Position numbers and translations under genes: made by a program. A stretch of 57,270 nt of DNA, the filler included, from Basidioascus undulatus (taxonomy: Eukaryota): the NCBI GenBank assembly GCA_000826855.1. It is 6 parts of 6 records of this genome, joined end to end, with 100 filler letters (N's around TTAATTAATTAA, not from the genome) between each part and the next. Parts side by side here need not be neighbours in the genome. Positions count along the whole stretch, not along the records: positions 47,851 to 57,270 come from JTLS01001257.1; 5 more parts are not named here. The stretch is one strand, 5' to 3'. Below, one piece after another: positions 47,751 through 57,270 of the stretch. Position 1 is the stretch's first letter. The number at the start of each line of letters is the position of its first letter. The notes under the pieces are model-generated. The model was given only the letters and a program-made list of their open reading frames with translations. It ran no database searches and was not told where the DNA came from.

Positions 47751-47850
47751 NNNNNNNNNNNNNNNNNNNNNNNNNNNNNNNNNNNNNNNNNNNNTTAATT
47801 AATTAANNNNNNNNNNNNNNNNNNNNNNNNNNNNNNNNNNNNNNNNNNNN
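47751..47850. other. Artificial contig spacer
   Basis: 100-nt N/TTAATTAATTAA linker. Confidence 0.98.
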
Positions 47851-48782
47851 AGGAAAGGAGGGCGCGGTGGTGAAGGACGGGGTTGTGGACGAGGAGGCGG
47901 CGGAGGGACTCATGGGCGAGATACGCCGGTGGGAGTACCCGAAGGAGGGTCGGGAGCGGCCGGCATCAGGCTGCGTAGTTCAGAAAAATTGATCAAGGTA
48001 AGGTTGAGTACGCCAAGGGGATTGAGAGGGCTGCAGAAACGCACATCGTTAAGGATCGGCACAGACGGAGCGCGTCGCAGCGGCCCACTGTGGGTGGACT
48101 GCGACCTCGCTAAGGGCGTCCTTCTAGGCGGGACTGGACCCTTCGGTGTGCGCAGGAAGGCCTCCTCATGCTCCTTCGCTCGAAGGACCTCCATCTCGTT
48201 CTCCTGATCAAGCCTCCTACGCTCCCGCTCCCGTTCCCACTCGAGCTCCGCCGTCTCCTCCTCGTCCATCCGCTTCAGCGTTTCCACCTCGCTGCTCCAG
48301 CGGCCTTGTACCTCGCCGAGATCGATTCGTCGCCACGACTTCGCGGCCACGGCCCGTCGACGAAGCCAAGACCGCTCTGCGTCTTCGCCGAGCAGTCGCG
48401 CGACCTTAGACGTCTGCGCCCGCCGTTCGCGTTCGGCTGCGCGGTAGCGGCTTATCGGCGAGGCGGGGGCGGAGGGCGAGAAGGTTGTCCGCCGATGGAA
48501 GCGACGCTTGAGGGCGATCGGGGGGATTGAGGGGCGGGAACCCCTGTTGCCAAGGAAGGGAAGACAGGAGGAGAGGAAAGCGAAGCAGGAGCGGGAACGT
48601 GAGGATGAAGAGGGCGAGGACTGCCGTGGACATCTGGACCGCGCCAGTCCGCGACGATGTCGGCGGAAAGTCAAGCGGCGGCGTGAGGACGGCGACGAGC
48701 TCGCCTTCTCAGTCGACGAGCGCGGTGTCCGTGGTGACGAGGGTGGAGTCTTGAACGGCGCATGCGAGCAACACTGCCCCAT
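47851..48782 (-). CDS. Hypothetical low-complexity / coiled-coil protein; 3' truncated, start uncertain
   Basis: GC-rich coding-like frame with a charged coil (EEETAELEWERERERRRLDQE), a P/S-rich tail and a GTGCGT...CAG intron near 48043-47972. Confidence 0.4.
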
Positions 48783-51700
48783 CGCGGAGGACGGTGTCGA
48801 GGAAAGGAAGAGGATGGAGGAACGGGGAGGTCTGTTCGGACACCTGCTAGCGGTCTCGCCTGGGCATAACGGACCGTGAAGGTCATATACAGGCCTGTTG
48901 CCGCAGCGGTGATGGGAGGTAACAGAAGGGAAACAAGCGCAAGGTCAAAGATGAAGTCGAGGCGCAAAGCCACATGAAATAAATGAAAAGGTGTGGGGTG
49001 CATGCAGGGACAGCCGCGGAGTTGATCCTTAGTGGTTTCAGAGGAGGTCCCTTCTGAACCTAGAGCTTGTTTGATAAGTAGGCATACGTACGATGAGTCG
49101 CGTTTTGGGAGGAGGAGGCCCGAGCGAGGTTGACGCTCGACAGCATCAGCACTTGATGAAGGCAGAAAACTGCAGGCCTGGCTTCTTTCAGCAACACCTT
49201 CACTGTTTATATTCTGATTTTTCGACCTTGTAAAAGAAAGCGTATCGGGTAAAAATGGTCACGGAGAAGGCAAGCATAAGTGACCGAAGGAGGAGGCCAG
49301 CCCAGGCACATCGCTTTAGTGAGCTGAAACGCCGTGGAGCGCAATGATGCCCAGCAGGCTGATCGGACACCTTCGCGAGACGCGACCCAGAGCGTGATGG
49401 GATCAAGATGACGGCCTTTCGGGCACCGCAACGAGACTAAGGCAAGTACACCTGCCCTTCAGTGAGATGGCAAGCGCACGGTGGCGGTAATTGAAGGTCT
49501 GGTCTTTAGTGATTGGGTGGTATCCATTGAAGCAGTGTCTTTTATGTGTAACAATGTGTGCAGGCTAGTCGACCTCGCATCCGGGTAACAACTGATACCG
49601 ATGAAAGATCGGAAGAGCAGAAAAAGGTAGCTTCAAGAACAATCCCTGTCACACTGCGTGCATTCAGACTTCATCCGATACACTGGTGCCTCCTCTTCTG
49701 AGGAATGTCCAACCAATGAGGCCGCATGTGGCCTGACCAATGCATTATAAGTCTACAAACTCGTTGTGGAAAAGTCATGCGCAACGGAACGGCCTGCTAC
49801 GTTTGCGGCACAGCGCCGGCGCTCCCCAGTGAGGCGGGAATGCGGTGAGGAGCGGAGACGAAGACTGGGAAGTAGATGAGAACGATGATGAAGGGAACGT
49901 AGTTACTATTGGAGTGTGAAGCCTCCTGGTTGTAATTTTTGGGCGAGTTAAAAAAATTTAAAAAAAAAAAAACCTGCCACAGAAGATTTATTGCTGGTTC
50001 CAGGGGAGCTCTGAGAGCTCGAAAGATTGCAGGTCAGGCGCACGAGAGCACCGAAGGCCGACCTGAGGCTTAGACTGCTCTTCAGGGAGTACATAGCTGA
50101 GACTAATGCTGAAGTGGAAGTTCGGTTGATGGAAGTTGCAAATTGTCGACCCCGCGGTCCGCCGTGACTTTGATACTGTGAAAAGGTCGCATGCGTGAGC
50201 TGAGCACCTGGAAGGTCCGGCAAGTGACTGTACGAGATATGCGAAGAAGGGAGGGGGACACGTAGGTTACCTGCTTTGGCCTCCGAGGCCGACAGAGACG
50301 GCGCTGGAGTCGTTGGTTGAAGAAAGTTGGCGATGGTGGGCACCACAGCCAGGGCCGCTGTGGGCTGCAGTGCCAGTGAGAACAGCAGCGCATGCGATCC
50401 TGAGAACGCATGGACATTAGAGGCGGGAAGTGATAGACTGTGATGACACCTTTTGAAGCTCCGAAGAGCGTCCTGAGGGCGTTGCCGGGCAGGCTTGCGT
50501 GACCTTGAGGGATCGTCAGCCTGGGGAACGGGACGGCGACTCCGTAGAGTGTGATAGTAGAGCTGTAGGCGAGCAAAGCCTGGGGTTGACGAAGCTTTAG
50601 GAGATGGTAGATGAAGAAGGTGGCACTACACACATCATAGGGCTATCGTAGTGCGCGGTGGCACGGGTCAGTGGCGGCGAGTGCTCTGTAGAGATGGAAA
50701 CTTGGGTGATTTGGAGAGAGGTGAAAGCCAGGAGGGGGAGGAGGGCATGGGAGTTGAGGGAAAGGGACAGAGTGGCGAGCAGCAGCGGGTCGACGAGGGA
50801 GGGGGTACGGATGCGGGTGCGGAATGTGCCAACGACATGGACTGAGATTGAGCCTAACGCGTGCGACCCGATTTCGGCGCCGGACTTGGCTTTATGAAAG
50901 ATTGACACACTCACACTATGGTGTATTGCTGACGTGAATGTCCGCGACAATGATTAGAGTCACGATGCCGCTGTTTACTCTGGACTGCGACGACGGAGCT
51001 GTTCATGTTTCTTCCTTTTTACCTCTTCCACATAGGATCTCTATCAGAACACTTTTTAAACATCCACACTGGATATGGGCAGGCTAACAAACGGCGTCCT
51101 GGCCGAGTTCTTGCGTTGTATCAGCTGAGGTGAATGGAGGCAAAATACGGCGCTCATAGAGGGGTGCGTTGATAGTCGCCTTCGTGTATGAGTGCATAGC
51201 TTGTGCACAGCTCAAACGTTTGGAGCTTCATCATGAGCTAGACCGCGGCGATTGAGCGCCCCGTGACGGTGGCTGCCCCGGATACGTGGACCGCAAAGCG
51301 ACAATTAGTACCGGGGAGTGCGTTGCAGCCGGCGAGATTGGAAAGTCTGCCTTCTCAGAGCCTGAAACTTTTTCAAGCAATCAAAGGTTGCATCAATGTT
51401 GTATACGCCGGCCCATGATCTCGGTGAGCGTTGGGCAACATGCTACCCTGGCTGGCCTGCGGCCGACCGTCTTGCCGTACACAACAAGCAAAGTACTTCC
51501 ATACGTAGCGGCAACAGTGAGTGTATTTCAATGAGCGCTTTATGATTGAGCTAACACTTAACACTCGAGGATCATACGCTGCGTCCGTCCACGCGTCCAG
51601 CCCGAGGAGCCAATGCGATCCTACAAGGTGGAAGACCATCAACTCAATGCCTCCGGCCAGCATTATCGGAACAAGCTGCTTGCCCTAGGCTCTATATTCT

Positions 51701-51998
51701 TCAGGTAGTTGGAAAGGCACACAGTTACATGCCGGATCGGTCCCCAGCAATCGAGCACGCACTGGACACAGTCACGAATAAGCCGACGCGCTGGGCCATG
51801 TGGAATCGCTTCAAGTCGCGTCACGTCAAGAAATTACAACGGGATTTTGTCGAGTCGAGTTGTGTCAAGTCAGGTCAGGTATGATTTGGGGTATTATGAG
51901 GGAGAGCAAAGCAAGCATGACCGGCGCCGCTTTGAGCAGAATGAGAGATCGAACCAAGCAAACGAGAGAAGAGAAGGAAAACGAAGAGAAGGTAAGGA

Positions 51999-54274
51999 TC
52001 ATGCCGGCGCGGGCTGGGGGTGGTACTGCTGTGCGACGGCGGCAACCGCGGCGCGGGCGACCTCGGTCCCACTGCGCTGGCGCGAGTGGACGGGCTTGGG
52101 CGACGCGGGTGCATCGGGGGCGGCGGCCTTGGGCATGTGCTCGCCGTCGTCGTCCTCATCCTCCTCCGCGAGCGCGGCTTCGATCGAGCGGTTCACCGCG
52201 TGCGGGGAGGAGATGCTCGGCGTCGGGGGCTGGGTGGCGATCTGTGGTGCCTCGCCTTCCAAGTCAGCTACACTCAACCTTTCCAGATCTCAAATTACAC
52301 TGGTGGAAGTAAAGACCCACAGTCGGGATGGCATGTGTCGACGACGCGCCCGCCTGCTGCTGCTGCTGTGCAGCGAGTGGGTCTCCGCGCCTGCGTGCAA
52401 GGAGCGCCTGCACGGCGGCGAGCCAGCTGACCTCCTCCTCCTCGTTCGGCGCGGCGAGGATGAACGTCCGCTTGGCGGTGATGATCTTGAATCGGTGCTC
52501 GGACGAGGCGGCCTGCGTCGGGCTCGACGACGACGCGAGCGGCGCGTCGTTGAGGTTCGGCGACATCGCCGCCGCGTCGATCTCGAGCGCGTCGAGGATC
52601 CGCGAGAGCGGGATTTGCCGATGCGGCTTAGCGGCGTCCTGAGAGATAGGCGTTAGCAGGGATCACTCAGCGCGGTGTGCAGGACAAGGCGAGAGTGGTG
52701 AGAAAGGTGGGACAGGAAGACGCACCATGTGGCTCCGCGCGTACATGAGCTTCCCGCTCGTGAGGGTGAAGAAGCGTTTCCTCCAGTTCTTGCGCTTCCC
52801 CATCTTCATGAGGTATCCACTGAGGATGACCTTGTTGGGATCAGGGGGCGGGGGCGGGCCGTCCTCGCCCTCGTCCTCGCTGCTGCTTGCGCCGCCCCCG
52901 GCGCTGGGACTAACAGGGGGCTCGGCCGCCGCATACTCGCTCGAGAGGCTCGTCCCGCTCGGCTCGCGGTGCGAGCTCGGGCTGCGCGAGAGGCTGAGCG
53001 TCCCCGCGGATGGTCTGCGCGGCTCGGCCGAGGGCATCGGCCGCGGGCTGGACGGCGGCGGGACGGGGTTGGGCGTGTTCGCTGCGGGCGGGGGTACGCC
53101 CTCCTCGGCCTCTTTCAGCCGCCGACGGGCCTGGTTGATCGCGTCTACCCAGCCGTCCATCTCCCCGCGCGTGCGGCCTTTGACGTAGAAGGTTCGGTCG
53201 GGGGTGACGATGCCGAAGACGTTGTCGTGCTTCTTGCCGACGTCGACTTCGGCGCAGGTGTGGATGGAGGGGAGGTCGATCAGGCGGAGAAGGCGGTACT
53301 CCTACAGACTTCCTGGTTAGCGCGAGCGCTTCCCGGCTGTGCCGAACGAAGTACGAAGACGTACCTTGTCGTTCTTGTAGAATGCCAGCTTCGTTGGCCG
53401 CAGCACGAACCAGCGCTTCTTCCAGTTCTGCAAGTCGCGGACGGGTCATCCCTGCGTCAGCAGATAGCTATTGGACCAAATAAGAGGATGAGACGCACCT
53501 TCCTCCGTCCACCGCCCTTCTTCTCAAGATACCCGCTCCTGAGCACATTCTCCTCGTCCACGAGCTGCCTGTTCTGCTCGATGACCTCCTCCTCCTCCTC
53601 GTCGCTGTCCTCCCCCTCGCCTTCACCCTCGCCCTCGCCCTCGTCATCGTCTTCGTTCCCGCTGACGTACTGCTGCCGCGTGCTGCGTTCGACGATCGCA
53701 GACAGCGGGACGGGGGAAGAAGGGCCTGCGATCGGGGAGCGCGAGGGCGACGAGGAGAGGCGGACGTTCGTCAAGAGGGGAGGGAGAGGTGCGGCGTCCG
53801 AGTCGGAGACGGGGTCGCAGGATGGGCGCTGGATGGACGAGCGGCGAGAGGGGTCAGTCATGATGGTGACCGTGACCGTCCAACCGCTTCTGCGAGCCCG
53901 CGCTCTTGAACGCAACCCCGATCCGCACGCGGCTCTTTAAACACAACTTCTCCAAGCGACCCTTCGAGCCTACATCCGCTGCGCTGGCAGGGTGGCAAAC
54001 GCGGGCTTGCCCCGCCCCGATCCCCTGCGCGGCGAGGCAGCACTCGGGGACTCACCCTAGCGGTCTTGCGGATTGCCTCGACGCCCGGGGGCAGATCGCC
54101 CTGCTTGGTCGGCGCCGAGTGCATCGACAGCTTGCGCTGGATCTCCTGCGGCGTGGGCGGCGCAGCAGGCGCGGGTGCTGGCGGGTTCCCTCCTGTGCTG
54201 CTGCCGGCTGCTGGACGGGACGAGGACAAGGCCAACGTCATCGCCGGACGCAGGGAGGGTGTCAGATTGGCCAT
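51999..54274 (-). CDS. Tandem PH-domain protein (Opy1-like)
   Basis: PH1 RSGYLEKKG..RKNWKKRWFVLRPTKLAFYK...WVDAIN; PH2 LSGYLMKMGKRKNWRKRFFTL...FKIITAKRTF...WLAAVQ. Confidence 0.85.
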
Positions 54275-54684
54275 CGCCCCCGTGCGCAACGACGAGCTGC
54301 GTACCTGACATGACGCCGGCAGTGGTTTCTCGCTGTGGGGATGGATGTGTGTGTGTAGGTGTGGTTGTGAGTGTATTGAGGGAGAAGGGTGGATAGTGAT
54401 GTTGGGGGTTGAACTCCCAAATAGCCCTGATCGCTCCGCTTGTCAGTCGGCCCGACGGCTTTAGGGGAGGTTTCGTTGCCGGCGCAGCCGGCCCTAGCTT
54501 CACATTCCCATTCTCTTTTGATTTCAATATTTTCTCTTGTCAAGAATAAGTTTATTTGAAAGCACTCGGGAGCATCTGAAGTACGTGGCCTCCCGGAAGA
54601 GAGAGAGGCGTCAAACGGCAGCTTCGCGAATGTGGGTGGGTGCACCCTCCAGTGCCCTGTGTTTCCAGTGCGTTTCAAGCTGCG

Positions 54685-55014
54685 ACCTCCAACTTTCAGA
54701 CTTCCAGACTGAGCAAGCAGTGTAAAAATTGGTCAGAAGGGCCTGAAGACTACTTTCAGACTCCCAGGCTCACACCAATTACCACAGCTTGCCAATACTG
54801 AGCCTTGATCTAGACACTGTGAAAGAGGAAGGTTACTCATGGGTGTCCTACTCAATCATAAATGCTTGTTATCTAGCCGGCCATCTACCATACTGGCACA
54901 GAAACCTGTCTAAAACCAGCCTGACCTCCGCAACCAACAGTCCAGTCTGACTAGTAGAGGATTCACTGAGAACAAACAGAGAAAATCATATTTTATCAGT
55001 TAAAATTAGAGGAT
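54685..55014. repeat. CpG-depleted island with an imperfect direct repeat; probable old transposon/repeat relic
   Basis: Only 2 CpG in 330 nt within otherwise CpG-rich DNA; ACTTTCAGACT(T/C)CCAG(A/G)CT at 54692 and 54752. Confidence 0.4.
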
Positions 55015-55988
55015 CGCTTACAAAATCCAAGAGACCATGCGTCGTTGTTCCAAAATAGTGAAATGCCATGCCCCTTCTGCAATGCGCGCCTTCCTGCAGT
55101 CAACTCTTATCTTCATAGAGTCTCCGTTTGACCACGTACAGAACCTGTAACTGAGTTTCACCGGCAAGGTAGACTGCGCGGGCCACTGCGGCAACGGCGC
55201 CGACGGTTCGGCTCCTCGGTTCCTTCCCTGTGGACGTTGAACGGTCGCAGCGCCCTTGACATTGAGGAGTGGGTGTTGACGGGTTTCATTTGTGTATGCG
55301 CACCAAGCTAGACCATCAATAAGATCTGGTAGAACGCTTCATATAAGATGCTCCAGCAATACATGGATGCTTTCTATTCACGAGCGAGTCTGGTGTCGAA
55401 ACCGTGCAAGCTCCGAGTTGCCTCATCTGCCCTGCTGCTTTCCCTCGATTATCGTGCCGAAGGCTGAACAAAAAACCTTCCAAACTTCCTTTTTATGTCT
55501 TCGTCCTCATTGCCTTCATGAACCACAGCTATAGCAACGCCCCAGTACCTGCACTTGCACTTGCATCGCAAGCAGTATCACGTGCGTGCGCACCCGACGA
55601 GCTCATGGACGTCGAGAGCTCGCGTTCGTGGTTGGCGTCTTACCACGTCCTACCACCTCTCACTCGCGCTTTTCAGGTGTTTCAGCACACCATATCCAAC
55701 GTCTGAAAGCGTTAGGGGGGATCTTTCGTAGCTGCTGTCCAGGAGGAGTCGGATAGCTTGGGAAAGGCACGCAGGGACCAGGGTCTTCTGGTGAGTGAGT
55801 CGAGGAGCGGAGGCGGGATGGCTGCGCCTGATGCCGGGCATGGGCGAGAGATGGGCGAAATTGGGGATCTATAGCAATATAATTCTTTCTTGCGTCGAGC
55901 TGGAGACTGTCCGCGAGAGCACTCACTTCGCGATCTCCCAGCGCACTGACTCGTCTTCCCCCTTCGAACCCAGAACCGCGCCTCCGCC

Positions 55989-57270
55989 ATGGCTTCCTCC
56001 TCCGTCGCGGAAGTCTCCAAAGACTTCACCTTCGCGCGCTTGACCGATCTGCACAAGATCAACCTGACCTTCAAGGTGTCCGTCTTCGCCCCTCTCCCCT
56101 GCCATGCTTCACTTTCCTCACACCTGACCCTCGCTCGCTCGGACGGACACGGCAGCACGACGCTAGTGGGCAAGCGCCCGAAGCGGAGGCTCACTGAGCT
56201 GCTGGAAAAGCCAGAGCTGCGGCATGCGGGGGCGGAGGCGAGGTGAGCTCTGCTTCTGTATGGGGGAGCGGGAGAAGGAGCTGATGAGCTTGCGAGGACC
56301 CCAGCCGACCTGCGGACCTCTTCCTCACGGCCCAGCTCTGGGCGTCCAACAAGCCCCTCACGCCCGTCTTCCGGACCTCCCACAAAGCCTGCCCCTCATC
56401 CCCATCCCCATCCAGCACGCTCTTCTCGTCCGTCCCGTCACGACGCTCTCCAAACCGCGAGCCAGCATACGCTGACAGGGCTGCTCGCGCACAGGTTCCA
56501 AGAACACATCACCCTCCCCATCCCGCTCTCAAACCTCCCGCTCGACGCCCAGGTCGTCTTCACCATCTACGAGATTGGCGGCCCGCCCCGCGCAAGGCCG
56601 GCCGTGTTGGGCGGGACGACGTTCAGGCTGTTTAGCAAGAAATGGTGGGCGGCTCTGGTGATTCGGCGGGTGGAGCGACAGGCGCTTACGTGAGGTGGAT
56701 ATTACAGTACTTTGAAGAAGGCGCAGCATCGCCTGCTTGTCCACCCCGGCGTCGAGGGCGACGGTTCGGACGATAGCGCCACGCCGAGCAAGCTCCCGCG
56801 CGGGCCTGATGTGACGGAGGAGGACGAGATGGGGCGGCTGGAGAAAGTGATGGAGTCCCTCTTACGGCGTCAATTTTCGAAAAACGCCACTGACAATTCT
56901 TTTGCTTGCAGCTCATGAAACGCCAGCAGCGCGGAGATCTTCCGCAGCTGGACTGGTTGGATAAGATGGCGTACCGGGCGATCGAGCGGGTGCATGCGGT
57001 GTGTCCTACCTCATTCTTGTTGTCCTGCTCGGTGTCTGAACCGTTCGTGTACCAGACCGAGACGGAGAAATCCGACAAGCTGTACCTCTACATCGACCTA
57101 CCCCGCTTCGACTTCCCCGTCGTCTTCTGCGAACCTGTCCGTCACCCTCACCCAGCCCCGCCCACCCAGCTCCTCGGCTCGAAAGCTGACGAATCTTCCG
57201 GCCTGCTAGGAATCCCTCCTCCCCCTCCCGAATCCTCCGCCCGCGCCCGTCCCCCACCCACCAAGCACCG
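55989..57270 (+). CDS. VPS34: Class III PI 3-kinase Vps34, N-terminal C2 region; runs off the window
   Basis: KDFTFARLTDL, DLFLTAQLWASNKPLT, LPLDAQVVFTIY, GGTTFRLFSKK, DEMGRLEKLMK..GDLPQLDWLD, LYIDLPRFDFPVVF. Confidence 0.95.

Noticed and set aside
49948..50900. A-tract at ~49950-49972 beside S/P-rich broken ORFs as a LINE or retrocopy
   Set aside because: No RT, endonuclease or gag motifs and no TSD. The A-tract is on the wrong strand to be the poly-A tail of the minus-strand ORFs.
52729..53940. 403-aa plus-strand ORF, and similar long ORFs such as 39177-40166 and 7675-8743
   Set aside because: Antisense or alternate-frame shadows of real GC-rich genes (OPY1-like, TPR protein, RPAP1-like).
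19193..57270. Apparent vacuole/TORC1 gene cluster (VTC1, GTR2, VPS34, plus VMA11)
   Set aside because: These lie on unlinked concatenated contigs; only VTC1 and GTR2 share a contig, and they are separated by 6 kb of pseudogenes.

Overview
Eukaryotic, intron-rich fungal DNA. Gene and intron style suggest a basidiomycete; the finer lineage cannot be determined from this window. The window is not one locus. It is six contigs of descending length (9488, 9486, 9475, 9464, 9437, 9420 nt) joined by artificial 100-nt N/TTAATTAATTAA spacers, so gene order across the gaps is meaningless. Manual splicing recovers conserved genes: CWF19L2-like (5' end), VMA11, GH18 chitinase, GST-kappa, RPAP1-like, phosducin-like TXNDC9, RFC4, CtBP-like dehydrogenase, VTC1, GTR2, YOR238W-like, a TPR protein, HNT2/FHIT, a GT32 glycosyltransferase, RNF10/MAG2-like, OPY1-like and VPS34. 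Between them are accessory stretches with decayed genes (bHLH, GPI-anchored protein, two MYND-family paralogs, HNH_2 nuclease, F-box), an apparently intact bacterial-type solute-binding protein and a truncated APH-like kinase. The most striking signal is a predicted single-nucleotide exon in VMA11. GC-AG introns, frequent AAG acceptors and a Cys-rich insertion in the chitinase barrel are also notable. All exon models are by eye and need RNA-seq. I found no multi-gene novel system that I can support.
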